This document shows positions 42,394-54,097 of a stretch of 64,000 nt of DNA, piece after piece. A program made the position numbers and the translations under genes. The notes beneath the pieces are model-generated. The model saw only the letters and a list, made by a program, of their open reading frames with translations. It was not told the origin of the DNA and searched no databases. The stretch is from NCBI GenBank assembly GCA_963796455.1, contig CAWCLO010000006.1, positions 128,001-192,000 of the forward strand. The letters are read 5' to 3'. Every line of letters begins with the position of its first letter. Position 1 is the stretch's first letter. This DNA is from Candidatus Sulfomarinibacteraceae bacterium (GTDB taxonomy: Bacteria > Acidobacteriota > Thermoanaerobaculia > Thermoanaerobaculales > Sulfomarinibacteraceae).

Positions 42394-44145
42394 ATGAACC
42401 GCGTGCTTTTCGAAAGAACCGCGTGCTTGGCCCTGGTGTGTTGCAGCCTCTTGCTTTCTTTCGCTTGTACCGAGCAAAGCACTGAGATTGCCGACCTGAT
42501 GATCACCAACGGCCGGGTCTACTCGCTCGCGTGGAGTGAGCCCGGGACCGATGGTTCGATCGCAGGTGATGCCCCGCACGACCAGAACGGATGGCACCCG
42601 GACGCCGAGGCGGTGGCCGTCAAAGACGGACGGATTCTGTTTGTCGGATCGGTGAAAGCGGCCGAACGCTATCTCGACTCCACCACCACGGTCCTCGATG
42701 TGGCCGGAGCGACCGTGATCCCCGGTTTTGTGGATTCGCACGCCCATATCCAGGAACTCGGTCGCGAGGAGGTTCAGGTGAACCTCGTTGGAGTGGCCGA
42801 CGAGGAGGAGGCCATTGCACGGGTCGTCGCGGCTTCAGCCGAAACCCCGCCCGACGAGTGGATCATCGGTTGGGGTTGGGATGAGGGCGAGTGGGCAAAT
42901 CATTATCCCACCGGCGACGCCTTGAGCCGGGCCTTCCCCGACAACCCCGTCGTGTTGAAGAGTCTTCACGGCTTCGCCGTCTGGGCCAATCATCAGGCCC
43001 TGGCCGCGGCCGGAATTCACCGCGGCACTCCCGACCGTGACGGCGGCCGGATCCTACGCGATGCCAAGGGCAACCCCACCGGAGTGCTCATCGACCGTGC
43101 CACGACCCTCCTGACCTCCGCGATCCCAGAGACAACCGACCACCAGATGAAGGCCTTTGTGCTCGCCGGCCTCCAGACAATGGCGCGAGACGGCTATGTC
43201 GCGGTGCACCAGGCAGGAGCTGACACCCAGGTCATGCGCGCCTTCGAAGAACTCGAGGCTGAAGGCTTACTGCCGGTCAGGGTCTATGCCATGTTGAGCC
43301 TCAGAGACGAGGCGCTCTGCCGCCGTTGGATCGAGATTGGGCCGACCACCGGCACGATGCTGACGACCCGTTCGGTCAAGGCCTACTACGACGCGGCCCT
43401 TGGGTCGCGCGGCGCACGAATGCTCGATGACTATTCCGATCGGTCCGGGCACCGGGGTGTCGCCGGATCGGATTACGGCTTTGATCAGAATCTCGCGGCT
43501 GAAATGATGCGGGCCGGTTTTCAGATCGGGATTCACGCCATCGGCGATGCCGGCAACCGTGAGACCCTCGATTTCCTCGAAATTGTGATCGCTGCCGACC
43601 CATCAACCCTTGACGCTCGACATCGCATCGAGCACGCCCAGGTGGTCCACCCCGACGATTTTGCACGTTTCAAAGCGGCAGGTCTTATCGCTGCCATGCA
43701 GCCTCCGCACTGCGTCGAGGACATGTCGTGGGCGGAAGACCGCCTCGGGCCCGATCGGGTCCGCGGCGCCTATGCCTGGCGAACCATGCGGCTCGCCGGT
43801 GTTCCGCTGACCTTTTCGGCCGACCTCGCGGGCTCCGACCACGACATCTTCTACGGTCTGCACGCAGCCGTGACCCGGCGCGACAAGAACCGGCAACCTC
43901 CCGAAGGGTGGTACCCGGAAGAGGCCATGACCCCTGAGGAAGCGCTTCGGGGTTACACCTCCTGGAGCGCTCTGGCTGCCGCGTGGGATGCGGAAACCGG
44001 CACTCTCGAAACGGGCCGGTGGGCGGATCTCACCGTGATCGACATCGACCCGCTGGCTGTCGGCGAAACGGATCCCGGAGGGCTTCTGGACGGCAGGGTC
44101 CTGGCCACAATCGTTGCCGGGGATCTCGTCCACAATACCTTCTGA
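42394..44145 (+). CDS. Amidohydrolase family 3 (YtcJ-like)
   Basis: PGFVDSHAH, IHAIGD, RIEHAQ, GTLETGRWADL. Confidence 0.92.
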   Translation: MNRVLFERTACLALVCCSLLLSFACTEQSTEIADLMITNGRVYSLAWSEPGTDGSIAGDAPHDQNGWHPDAEAVAVKDGRILFVGSVKAAERYLDSTTTVLDVAGATVIPGFVDSHAHIQELGREEVQVNLVGVADEEEAIARVVAASAETPPDEWIIGWGWDEGEWANHYPTGDALSRAFPDNPVVLKSLHGFAVWANHQALAAAGIHRGTPDRDGGRILRDAKGNPTGVLIDRATTLLTSAIPETTDHQMKAFVLAGLQTMARDGYVAVHQAGADTQVMRAFEELEAEGLLPVRVYAMLSLRDEALCRRWIEIGPTTGTMLTTRSVKAYYDAALGSRGARMLDDYSDRSGHRGVAGSDYGFDQNLAAEMMRAGFQIGIHAIGDAGNRETLDFLEIVIAADPSTLDARHRIEHAQVVHPDDFARFKAAGLIAAMQPPHCVEDMSWAEDRLGPDRVRGAYAWRTMRLAGVPLTFSADLAGSDHDIFYGLHAAVTRRDKNRQPPEGWYPEEAMTPEEALRGYTSWSALAAAWDAETGTLETGRWADLTVIDIDPLAVGETDPGGLLDGRVLATIVAGDLVHNTF

Positions 44146-44303
44146 CTGGACCATTCTGGCGCAGTGTCCCGCGGCCCTGGGTTCATCGCTTCATTCCGTT
44201 ACAAGGTGTTCGGCACAAACCTCAACCGAAGGTGGCACATTTATTGCGATTTGCTCCATCGATCGCGCAAGGTTTCGGGTTGCGCGGCCTGGAGGAACCC
44301 ATC

Positions 44304-45164
44304 ATGGCGGTTGAAATTCGACGCGATCGGAAAATCGAGTCCGCCGGCCACGGGCGTCGCATGACACATCTGTTTCTCGATTCGGCCCTCAGCCTCGCAT
44401 TTGGAGTCGTGGTCTGGTTTTTCATTGCTTACGTCGCCGTGTCGGCCGGCTTTTCCAGCGATCCGATTCTGACGCAGGGATTTGTTCTTTTTCTGGTGAC
44501 GTTCGGGCTGTACTTCTTAGTTTTCGAAAGCGTCTTCAACCGCACACCGGCCAAGTTCTTGACCGGGACCGTTGTCGTGACGGACGATTTTCAAAAACCT
44601 ACCTTTTTACAGATTCTCGGTCGGACCCTCAGCCGCTTCGTCCCTGTTGATGCTTTGACCTTCATGGGCAGTGAAGCCTCGGGCTGGCATGATCGTTGGT
44701 CGGGGACCCGGGTCGTCATCAAATCGTCCCTCGATTCCGAAGCGGCGCTTGCTCCAGAAAATGGCCACGTATCGGCCATCGATCGCCAGACGAAAGCCAT
44801 CGCCACCCAGGGCCTGCAGGAAAATGTCCTCGAGAGAGATTTTGTCGTAATCCTTGCCGACGGCTGCCAATCGAATTGGCTCGATCGGCAGACCCTCGAG
44901 GACTGGTTCGAGGCAGGGCGCGTCAAAGGCTCTACCTACGTCTATGCCCGGGAGATCGGCGACTGGCAGTTGCTGCGGGACCTGGCCGGTTTCTCCTGCA
45001 GAATCACCCAACAGGTGGCCGATGTTTTTGGCGAACCTTCCTCCACAGTCAGAGAGCCCGCGAATATCTATCAGACCGCGAAAATCGAAACCGGAGCCGA
45101 TTCAACCGCAGAAGGACCCGGCGACGACCTTCCCCTCTCCGATCTCGTGAAGAACACAGGTTAG
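44304..45164 (+). CDS. RDD family membrane protein with C-terminal extension
   Basis: GGAGG SD; RRMTHLFLD, RTPAKFLTG, GWHDRWSGTRV. Confidence 0.8.
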   Translation: MAVEIRRDRKIESAGHGRRMTHLFLDSALSLAFGVVVWFFIAYVAVSAGFSSDPILTQGFVLFLVTFGLYFLVFESVFNRTPAKFLTGTVVVTDDFQKPTFLQILGRTLSRFVPVDALTFMGSEASGWHDRWSGTRVVIKSSLDSEAALAPENGHVSAIDRQTKAIATQGLQENVLERDFVVILADGCQSNWLDRQTLEDWFEAGRVKGSTYVYAREIGDWQLLRDLAGFSCRITQQVADVFGEPSSTVREPANIYQTAKIETGADSTAEGPGDDLPLSDLVKNTG

Positions 45165-45218
45165 CCCCTTTTCGCCTCGATCCATGGCACTATGGGGCCT
45201 CGTCGAGAGGAGGCCCGC

Positions 45219-45686
45219 TTGAAGACCGCCGAAGATATCGTCAAAGAAAAAACCAGTGAGACCGTCACCGTCACCCGGACCCAGACAGCCCGCGAGGCGA
45301 TCGATCTGATGAACGCCAACCGAATTGGCGCCATTCTCGTCAACGACGGCGATGAAATGATCGGGATCTGGACCGAACGGGATTTTCTCCGCAATGCCGG
45401 AGATTCCTCATTTAACGTCCAGACCTCTACGGTCGGTGAGTTCATGACCTCACCCCTTCACTTCGCGCCCCACGACGCCACGTTGACCCAGCTCGAGGAG
45501 ATGTTCCTCGGTCTGTATGTCCGGCACCTGCCGGTTCAAAAGGGGGGACAGTTCATCGGTCTGGTGTCGATCGGCGATGTGATGCGCGCCACGTTGCTCG
45601 AAAAGGACGACCAGATCAAACAGCTCAACAAGCTGGCGAGTTGGCAGTTCTACGAAAATTGGGGCTGGGACCGGGAAAAGAAATAA
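45219..45686 (+). CDS. CBS domain protein
   Basis: TTG start after GAGGAGG; IGAILV, GIWTERD, RHLPV, VSIGD. Confidence 0.88.
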   Translation: MKTAEDIVKEKTSETVTVTRTQTAREAIDLMNANRIGAILVNDGDEMIGIWTERDFLRNAGDSSFNVQTSTVGEFMTSPLHFAPHDATLTQLEEMFLGLYVRHLPVQKGGQFIGLVSIGDVMRATLLEKDDQIKQLNKLASWQFYENWGWDREKK

Positions 45687-45687
45687 C

Positions 45688-45719
45688 AAAAAAGGGGTGG
45701 ATCCGTTTGGATCCACCCG
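45688..45719. terminator. Terminator hairpin between convergent genes
   Basis: A tract, then GGGTGGATCC-gttt-GGATCCACCC. Confidence 0.75.
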
Positions 45720-45765
45720 TCCCCATCGTCCGGGCGAGAACAAACCCGCCCTTCCTCAAAAATGT

Positions 45766-46485
45766 CTACTTGGCGACGTAGGCGGTCAAGGTTGAATCGA
45801 TCACACCATCCGCTTTTTTGGCGGCGGCCCCCTCTTCGGACTCAAGGAACGCCATCATCGCCCCCATGTCGGCGACATCGACCAGGATGCCGACCTGTGT
45901 CGGGTTGTCGGGATTCTGGAAGGTCGTGACGCTCGGCACACCGGAAGCGGCAAACATTTCCTGTCGGCTGTTGCTGCTATGCCATGCATCAAGCCAATGA
46001 TCCCCGTCCTCGACATCGTGGGTCATGAACATCAATTGACCAGCCGGCGCCGGCGGGTTGTCGCTGTTCCAGATGTCGTTGGTGATCAGCCATTTTCCGC
46101 CGATCTTCTTCCAGGTCTCGATGTACTTCCCGCTATCGACGACCGATCCGTCGGGCGCGTTGAGCGTGTAAACGCCGGCACGGTATCCGAGATCTCCGGA
46201 CTCGAAGGCCTCGGTCGTGGGCAGCGAACCGGTCAGACCCGCCGCGATCATCGCACCGAAATCAGCCCGGACCGCGTCGCGCCCCATGGCGGCAGGCGCA
46301 TTGGGCGGCATGACCCGGCAGTCCTCGGCATAGAGGGCGGCGATGGCTTCCACATCCCCAGAGTTCAGGGAAGCTTCCCATTGTTTGGCGAGGTCGGCGA
46401 TCTCCGAGCTGTTCTGCGACCCCTGCGGCGCGCACGCTGCTAGAAACATCACCATCAAAAGCACTGCATACTCGATCTTTTTCAT
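45766..46485 (-). CDS. SnoaL/DUF4440 (NTF2-like) lipoprotein with a second small domain
   Basis: Lipobox LAAC; GDVEAIAALYAED, GKYIETWKK...W...DIWNSD. Upstream TTGACA-17-TATCTT at 46594-46566. Confidence 0.85.
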   Translation of the reverse strand: MKKIEYAVLLMVMFLAACAPQGSQNSSEIADLAKQWEASLNSGDVEAIAALYAEDCRVMPPNAPAAMGRDAVRADFGAMIAAGLTGSLPTTEAFESGDLGYRAGVYTLNAPDGSVVDSGKYIETWKKIGGKWLITNDIWNSDNPPAPAGQLMFMTHDVEDGDHWLDAWHSSNSRQEMFAASGVPSVTTFQNPDNPTQVGILVDVADMGAMMAFLESEEGAAAKKADGVIDSTLTAYVAK

Positions 46486-46658
46486 GAATTCCCCCGTTCG
46501 GTTCTTTGCCGTTCCGTAGACAGCCCGGCATCAATTGTCTTTTTATTTTGAGACTCGGTACAAAAAAGATAGTCGCCGATCGAGCGCTTGTCAAGTCAAT
46601 GCAATGACCTTCTGAATCCCCCTGCCCCGATATCCGTACTACCTCTGGAGGGGGAACC

Positions 46659-47213
46659 GTGGAGAAGCTCAACCCGTCACGCATCATCACAACCATCGCC
46701 GTCGTCGTGCTGGTCGTTGGCGCAGCTCTTTTCTATTTCTTCCGAACGACCCTCACGTCGGAGGGGCTTTACAACGTTCAACAGGCGATCGGCATGAACC
46801 CGTCACCTCCCGAACGCCACATCGTGGCGGAAGGTTTCAACGGGTGGGCGGTGCTGCAATACGGTGTCGAGGGAGCACCCGAACTCGTGACCGCCGACAA
46901 CGTGATCGTCATTGAGTACCCCCCGTCGGGCCGCCTTCAGACATCGACACCACCGGCCGATAACAATGGTCTCCTGCACAAGGGATACTATGAAAAACAC
47001 GGGGATTCGGTGGTGCCGCTCGAGCGCCTCAGCTCCATCTGGGGCGAGTACACGTTGACGCGAATGATCGACGACGAGGGGGAAGTCCACGGCCGCTCAG
47101 TCGGATTCTTCGTCGGCAGCCTGTCGGAATTCAGAGACAACCCCCGCCCGGGCCGGAGGTCGAGGTCGAGGTCGAGGTCGAGGAGATTCAGTCCACGCCT
47201 GTGCCCGACGTGA
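46659..47213 (+). CDS. Membrane-anchored hypothetical protein
   Basis: GGAGG SD, N-terminal TM helix, GFNGWAVLQY...GAPEL...FFVGS; 3' end runs into a (GAGGTC)x4 repeat. Confidence 0.65.
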   Translation: MEKLNPSRIITTIAVVVLVVGAALFYFFRTTLTSEGLYNVQQAIGMNPSPPERHIVAEGFNGWAVLQYGVEGAPELVTADNVIVIEYPPSGRLQTSTPPADNNGLLHKGYYEKHGDSVVPLERLSSIWGEYTLTRMIDDEGEVHGRSVGFFVGSLSEFRDNPRPGRRSRSRSRSRRFSPRLCPT

Positions 47214-48288
47214 CTGCGGGTTCGACCTGATCGACGATCAGCCGAAGATTGTCTTCCGATCTCAAAAGCGCTTCGAGCAATCGGAGCTGCGCGCGGGTGC
47301 GGCGCAGATTGTGTTCCTTGTCTTCCACAGGGTAGTAGCGATCACCGTCGAGAAAATCCGCCAGAAAACGCAGCGCCTGCTCGTAGGTGATGACGATGGC
47401 TCCATCGACCAACTTCGATCGTTCATGAGCCGTCAACCACCCTGATGAACCATCTACATAGCCTGCGGCCAGCTCGCGAAAAACATCGTCGCGAACACCG
47501 ATCCGCCCTAAATCGGCTTCATCCTCGGGGAGGCCGCTGACCGCCGAACGCACCAGATCGCCGAAATCGTGAGCCGCTCGACCCGGCATCACCGTGTCGA
47601 GATCGACCACGCACAGAGCCTCCCCCGTTTCTTCGTCCACCAACACATTGTCGAGCTTGGCATCGTTGTGGACCCAACGGATCAATCCGCCGTCAAGGGG
47701 CAGCCGGACGGCAAGTGAAGCAAGATCGAGTAACCGACGGCACTCGAACCGACACGATTCGAATCGCTCCCCCCTTGAAGCGGCCCTTTCCCGAAGAGCA
47801 TCGAGACGGGCCGGTGTGTCGTGAAACCCAGGGAGAATCTCCCTCGGTTCACGCCCGACACCGTCGGCGACGAGACCCGGAAACCGCCCCAGAGCCCGCG
47901 CCGCGGAACGAATCTCTGCAGGCTTCGAGGCGTCGGGGGGCCGCGATTCCGGCACCTGAACCGACACCCGCCAGACCGCACCATCATCATCACGAAACCA
48001 CGGTCTCTCATGCGGGCCCGCGAGATAGATCAGCCGGTGGCGCGGTTCGTCATCGCCGAGAAGGTGGAGGGCGCTGTCCACCCTTGAAGCGGCGGCCGCG
48101 GCATTTTCGGCCATCGCCTCGGGTTCGGGAAACACACGGGCATTCAACTGTTGAAGGAGCCGGCCCTGATCACCGATTTGGACCAACCAGCTGGAGTGAA
48201 TCAGACCCGAACCGAAGGATTCAATTCTTCCAGCGAAGGCCTCGATGCCAAAGGCCTCGGCGGCCCGACGAAGTGCCCGGTAGTCCAC
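47188..48288 (-). CDS. Aminoglycoside-phosphotransferase-family sugar kinase (N-acetylhexosamine 1-kinase-like)
   Basis: GSGLIH, FHDTPAR, HNDAKLDNVL, VDLDTVMPG, DFGDLVRS. Confidence 0.85.
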   Translation of the reverse strand: MDYRALRRAAEAFGIEAFAGRIESFGSGLIHSSWLVQIGDQGRLLQQLNARVFPEPEAMAENAAAAASRVDSALHLLGDDEPRHRLIYLAGPHERPWFRDDDGAVWRVSVQVPESRPPDASKPAEIRSAARALGRFPGLVADGVGREPREILPGFHDTPARLDALRERAASRGERFESCRFECRRLLDLASLAVRLPLDGGLIRWVHNDAKLDNVLVDEETGEALCVVDLDTVMPGRAAHDFGDLVRSAVSGLPEDEADLGRIGVRDDVFRELAAGYVDGSSGWLTAHERSKLVDGAIVITYEQALRFLADFLDGDRYYPVEDKEHNLRRTRAQLRLLEALLRSEDNLRLIVDQVEPAVTSGTGVD

Positions 48289-48312
48289 AAATCACATTGT
48301 GACATCGCCGCC

Positions 48313-48341
48313 AAAAAAAGGGGCCGCCCGAAGGCGGCCCC
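48313..48341 (-). terminator. Intrinsic terminator after the TonB receptor gene
   Basis: A tract, then GGGGCCGCC-cgaa-GGCGGCCCC. Confidence 0.85.
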
Positions 48342-48382
48342 ACCCAAGGTGGTACCGATCACCTGTGCCTGTTGGTGATGGT

Positions 48383-51300
48383 TCAGAATTCGAACTTGAG
48401 GGTCAGGCGGAGCTCACGCGGCGCCTGATATGCATTGTCGAGGCCGTAGCGGACATCCAGAGCCTCCGGACCGAGCGACGCCAGAAGCGCTGCATAGCTG
48501 TAACCGCTATGCACATCGTCGGCGGTGATTGGAGCATCCTGGGTGGCAGTCTTGTTCGCAGTGTCGAAAGCACGGTGTCCTGGTCAAACAGGTTGAGCAC
48601 GGTCAGACCGACGGTGAAGCCCATTCCGTCGCCAAAGGTGAAGGTGTAGAAGAGCGAGAGGTCGGTCTGGGTGAGCCATGCGGTGCCGGCCCAGATCGCC
48701 GCGCCCGTAGGGATAGAACTCGTTGCCGATGGGAACGGTTCCGTAGGTGGTGAGAGGGGTTCCACTGCCGATGTACTGGTTGACACCGACGTTGAAGCCG
48801 ATCGGGAAGCTGTAGAGGAACTGCGCCCCGAGCTGATGGGTCCGGTCCGTCGGCAGCTCGCCGTAGACGTGCTTTCCATCCTCATCGTAATAACCGAAGA
48901 CCGAGTCGTAGAGACGGCTGACGTTTGGCGAACGACGGGCTCCGGTCTCGGTTGTGAACCGGGGGCTGTAGACGCTGTTCATCTCGTCCGAGTTGGCGAG
49001 ACCAGAGTAGTTGCCGTAGAGGCGGCTGAGGGTGTAATAGGCCCGCAGCGACCAGTTGTCGGCAAAACGCTTATCGAAGGTCAACTCGAGCGCGTCGTAT
49101 TCACGCTGCGGTTTCGGGAAGTAGAGACCCTCGTCGGTCGGACCGGCGGTGATGCCCTCTCCCGGGTTGCCGATGACATAGACCTCACCGATGCCGGGAT
49201 AGAGGAAACCGATGTCCTCGATCGAACGGGTGATCTCTTTGTGGACGATCCGGGCTCCGAGCTGAATGTCGGAGTTCAGCTGGTGGTCCACGCCGATTTG
49301 GTACTCGTAGTTCTCCATCGGTTTGATGTCGGGATCGACCAGCGGCACGCCGATGGCTTGCCACTCCGCCGGATCGGCGGCGTTGTGACGGCGGTCGACC
49401 GCCTCGACGAAGGTACCGGCGCCGCAATCGGGGCGATCGTTGATCGTGTTGTCACCTACGCGGCAACCGGTGGCGGTATTGAGCCCAGGATCAGCGATAT
49501 CGAATGTATAGACAAAATCGACCCACTTGTTGCCACCAAACGAACCGCGCGGCATCTCGTACTTGGTCACATCGTAGTATTTGCCCAGCGAACCATAGAG
49601 CTTCCACTTGGCGTTGTTCTGGATGTCCCAGGCAAAACCGAGACGCGGGGCGATCTTCTCGCCGAAGTTGAACTCGATCGCCGGATCGGGGCCGGTGGCG
49701 CCGAAGTTCGGGATCGCCTCATGCTCGGAACGGATGCCGAGGTTGAGGGTCAGGTTGGGCAGCACACTCCATGCATCCTGGATGAAGAGCGCCTCGTTGT
49801 TGGTTTCGACATTTCCGAATTCCGAGATTCGATAGATCCGGAAATAGCCGTAATCCCCGCTCACGCTTTCGGAAGAGGTCGTGGTGTAAGAACGGTCCCA
49901 ATAGTAACGAACGCGATCTGAGTTGTAGCCCGAGAGCACGTCGTTGGCGATCTTCTCATTCTGGTAACCGAACTTGAGCGAGTGGTCGCCCGCACCCTGG
50001 AAGTACGCCGTGGCGTCGAGCGCGACCGCGGTCCGCTCGTAGATGTCACGGATATCAACGCCGGTCTGCAGGTTATCGCTCAACCAGCCGGCTCCCTGTT
50101 GCCACTGTGCTGGAATCTCGGGATGACGGTCGACAAATCCCGAAATGCTGGTGGTGTCGTAGTTGTGGATGAGGTCGAACAGAGGGACGCCGGTGTCCTC
50201 GCTATTGGTCTTGTAGTAACCCACGCGGCCGCTAACGACGAAGTTGTCGCTCGCGATCCAGTCGGCGTTCAAATAATAGGTCTCACGTTCGCCTTTTTCG
50301 CCGAGCGGCGCATAGTTGTCCTGATCCGGTAGGTCCGCACGACCATCGGGGTTGGGGAGCAGGCCATCGGTCTCGTAGGGCGAGAGGTTGAGACCGCCCT
50401 TCAACAGCAGCGCGCTCGAGATATTGGCCGTCAGGTTGGCCGTCAAATAGTCGACCTGGAAGTCCGACTTGTAGGTCTGGGGGTCGAAGCTCACCCAGTC
50501 GACATAACGCTCGGTGGTGCGGATGCCGGGCATATAGGACGCAAAGAACCACAAGCGATCGCGAAGGATCGGGCCGCCGATCGAGAAGCCCGGGTCCCAG
50601 CGAGTTTCGTCGTCCTTCTTGTAGGTCTCGTGACCGGCCTGGGTCGGATCGTCGAGGTCGTACTCGATCTCCGGCCGCTGCGCGCCGTTCCACGAGTTGT
50701 CTTCGTAGTCGACGAAGAGCGAGCCGTGGAACTCGTTCGAGCCCGATCTGGTCACGGCGTTGACCACGCCGCCCATGGCGCCGCCGAACTCGGCCATATA
50801 ACCCGCTGACTTGACCTGGACCTCTTCCATCATCTCGGCACGGATCGGCACCGAGCTTTCGCCGATCTGGGGGATCGGTGGTATCGAGGCCGTCGATGAT
50901 GAAGCGGTTTTCGAGACCAGAGGCGCCATCGATCATGATGCCGCCGCCCTGGTCGTTCTGCGCCGCGCCGGCCGCAAAACTCACCACGTCGGTGAAGTCA
51001 CGACCGCGTGGAAGGTGGTCGATCTCCCACTCGCGGACGCTGAGCTCGGTCTGGCTCTCGGTGAAGTCGATGGAAACCGTGTCGGCATAAACGTTGATCT
51101 CCTCCGAAAAGGCCTGTTGCAGTGAGAAGTTGACGGTGGTTGCCTGACCGAGCGCCACGTTGACCGCGGTTTCGGCGGGTTGGAAGCCCTCGAAGGTCGT
51201 GGCGACCGTGTACTGGCCCGGGGCCAGCCGCGGAAAGCGGTAACGCCCGTCATCGCCGGAGACGGTCGACACCGTTCCGACCCCTCCGGTTGCGTTGACG

Positions 51301-51446
51301 ATGGCGCCGGCAATCGGCGAACCATACTCGTCTCCGACCAGGCCTTTGATTCCGCCGGTCGTCTCCTGCGCCGACAATCCTCCAGCGAAGATCACGGCCA
51401 CCGCGACAATTATCCATAGCACCCGAGACACACTCGAATTTTTCAT
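48383..51446 (-). CDS. Oar-like TonB-dependent receptor (frameshifts near 50870 and several in 48400-48700)
   Basis: Signal peptide plus ETTGGIKG, AEFGGAMGGVVNAVTRSGSNEFHGS, GGPILRDRLWFF, PRLGFAWD, terminal LTLKFEF (stop at 48383). Confidence 0.85.
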
Positions 51447-51660
51447 ACCGCTACCTCCTTTTCCTTCCACGGGAGACGAAGGCCCGTTCTGTCCGACGCC
51501 TGACGACCCGATCGAGCCGAAACCGGTCGGACGACATTCGTTCCCTGGGAAGAACCGCACGAGTGGATGTAAAAACGCGCAGCCAGGGTCAGGAGGGTGG
51601 GGATGGGGCCACGGACACGGACGCTTTATGCGGAATCGGTCGCGTCAGAAACGACGCCGA

Positions 51661-54097
51661 CTACCAGTTTGGCGACACGGCTTCGGTCGCCCAATCATCC
51701 GAAGCCTCAGCGTTCTCGGGTTGTTGGTCGAGGCGTCGACGAACCTTGTCGGCAATCACCTCGAACTCCGGGAGGCCGCGCAGGGGGTCGAGGCCGGTTT
51801 CTTTGAAGAAGTCATTGTGTGCAAAACCGAGATCGAGCGCCTGTTGGAGCCGGCGCAGGGCCTCTTTGGTCTCACCCTGGCGAGCGAGATTGCACGCGAA
51901 ATTGTAAAGCGTGAATTCGAAATCCGGAAAATTCTCGATGATCTCGCTCTCCGCCGTCACCACCTCTTCGAACAGCTCGCGCGCCCCATCCAGATCGTCG
52001 GTGTGGAGTTTGACCGTTGCAGCGATATCCAGGGCGAGGTAGTAGGAACGATCTCTGGGGCCCCCGAGGTCTTTCAGGATGGCCACACCCTGCTCGACCA
52101 GGGGAAGCGCCTCTTCGCTCTCACCGAGCCAATCCAGCGTACGACGCGTAATTGACGAGGGTCCTGACCTTTGTATACGAATCCGGGCCGGAGAATCCTC
52201 CCCGCACCATCTCGGTTTGCTCGAGGAGCGTTTTCGCCAACTCGAGGTCCCCGCATGCCACCGCCAGCGCGCTGCATGCGGAGAGGGCGCTCTCGATGTC
52301 GGGGTTTCCCAAGCCGTTTCCATCCATCGTCACATGACCGACTCGTTCACTCATCTCCAGCGCTTGCTCGCGGTCTTCCGTCAGAAAGTAGGCGATGGCG
52401 AGTCGTTCGAGACTCATGATGATGTCTGGGTGGCCCGCCGGGAGCACCTCGTCTCGAATGGTAAGAGCCTCAACATGGGTGAGTAGGGCCCGCTCGTCCA
52501 TCTCGAGATCGAAATACAGATCCCCGAGATGGGAAAGACTCGTTGCATAGTCCGGGTGGATGGGTCCGAGATGGCGGCGCCGAATCGCGGCCCGACTCCT
52601 CGAGCAGCTCTCGCGCCTGATCGAACTCGCCCAGGCCGCCGTAGGAGACACCGAGAGCCATCAGGACCCGGGCCCGAGCAAGCGGCTCATTGGCGAGCTT
52701 GATCCGGGGGTGCTGCAACCCGCGGTCGAGGATTTCACGCGGACTCGTGGTCTGCCCCAGCCGCGAGGCGGGCTCAGATCGATGATGGTGGTTTCGATGA
52801 ACTCGGCGACAGGGGTCGAGGTCTCAGCTTCTCTTCGCGCCCGGTTCATCCCCAAGGTCGTGCCGAGGATCGCGGCCAACAGCGCCGCGACCACCAGGGT
52901 TCCGGCGGCAACCGCGAGGCGGTTCCTGCGGACGTACTTCCCCAGTCGATAGAGCACACTCGGCGGCCCCGCCGCCACCGGCCGGTGGCGTATATGTCGC
53001 GCGATGTCTTCGGGAAATTCCGCCGGTGATCCGTAGCGTCGCGAACGGTCCTTGTCGAGGACTTTGAGGACGATCCAGTCGAGGTCGCCCTGGAGCTGCT
53101 TCATGAGCGCTGCCGGTATCCATCGCCGTTCCGCGCAGCGCGCCGTGCGGCGCGACCCGCAGGCGGCTCACCCAGCGTCGCTCGGCGTGGGCGGCTCCAC
53201 CTCGCGGATGATCCGCTGGATCTCGTCGAAGCCGGCCTCCCGGAGCGTCTCTTCGCGGTCGAACGGCGGTGCGCCGGTGAGCAGCTCGTAGAGGAGCACG
53301 CCCAGCGAGTAGACGTCGCGTGCGCGTATCGACGTCGACGCTCGCTCAGCTCGGCCTGCTCCGGGCTCATGTAGTCCGGGGTGCCGATCAGCTGGCCGAG
53401 CTCGGTGTAGAGCGTGCTGCTCCGTCAGCGGCGGTGCGATCGCCTTGGCGATGCCGAAGTCGATGACCTTCGGGACCGGCGTCGCCGTCCTGCAGCGTGA
53501 CCAGGATGTTGCGAGGGTTTCAGGTCGCGGTGGATCACGCCCTTCTGGTGGGCGTGCTGGACCCCGCGCAGACTGCGAGAACAGACTCCAGCCGCTCGTG
53601 CAGACCGAAGCCGGTGGTCGTCGCAGTACTCGGTGATGCGGCAGCCCTCCACAAACTCCATCGCGAAGTATGGACGGCCATGCTCGGTCGCGCCGGCGTC
53701 GAAGACCATGGCGATGTTCGGGTGGTCCATCAGCGCCAGGGCCTGGCGTTCGATCTCGAAGCGGCGACAGCACCTGCCGGGTGTCCATCCCCCACTTGAC
53801 GAGTTTGAGCGCCACCCTGCGTTGGACCGGCGACTCCTGCTGCTGCTTCCCAGACCTCGCCCATCCCGCCCTCGCCCAGGCGGCGCACGACACGAAAATC
53901 TCCGATCATCGTCGGGTTTGCTGCCGTCTGTTCGGCTCGTTCAGCTCATCGTCGAGAGTCAACAGGTATTCCACCTCGCGCCGAAGATCCGCGTCGGGAT
54001 CGCAGGATTTTTCAAGAAACTCCGCCCGCTCGCTTCCCGCCAGTCCCTTGGCGCAGGAGAAGATCTTCTTCGCCCGTTGGTGGTTCTCGGTCGTCAT
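51661..54097 (-). pseudogene. Hanks-type Ser/Thr kinase with TM and TPR repeats, broken by many frameshifts
   Basis: Motifs spread over frames: VALKLVK, HPNIA, HRDLKP, DFGIAK, MSPEQA, DVYSLGVLLYELLTG, GDLDWIV, HPDYATSL, YNFAC. May be sequencing error rather than decay. Confidence 0.8.
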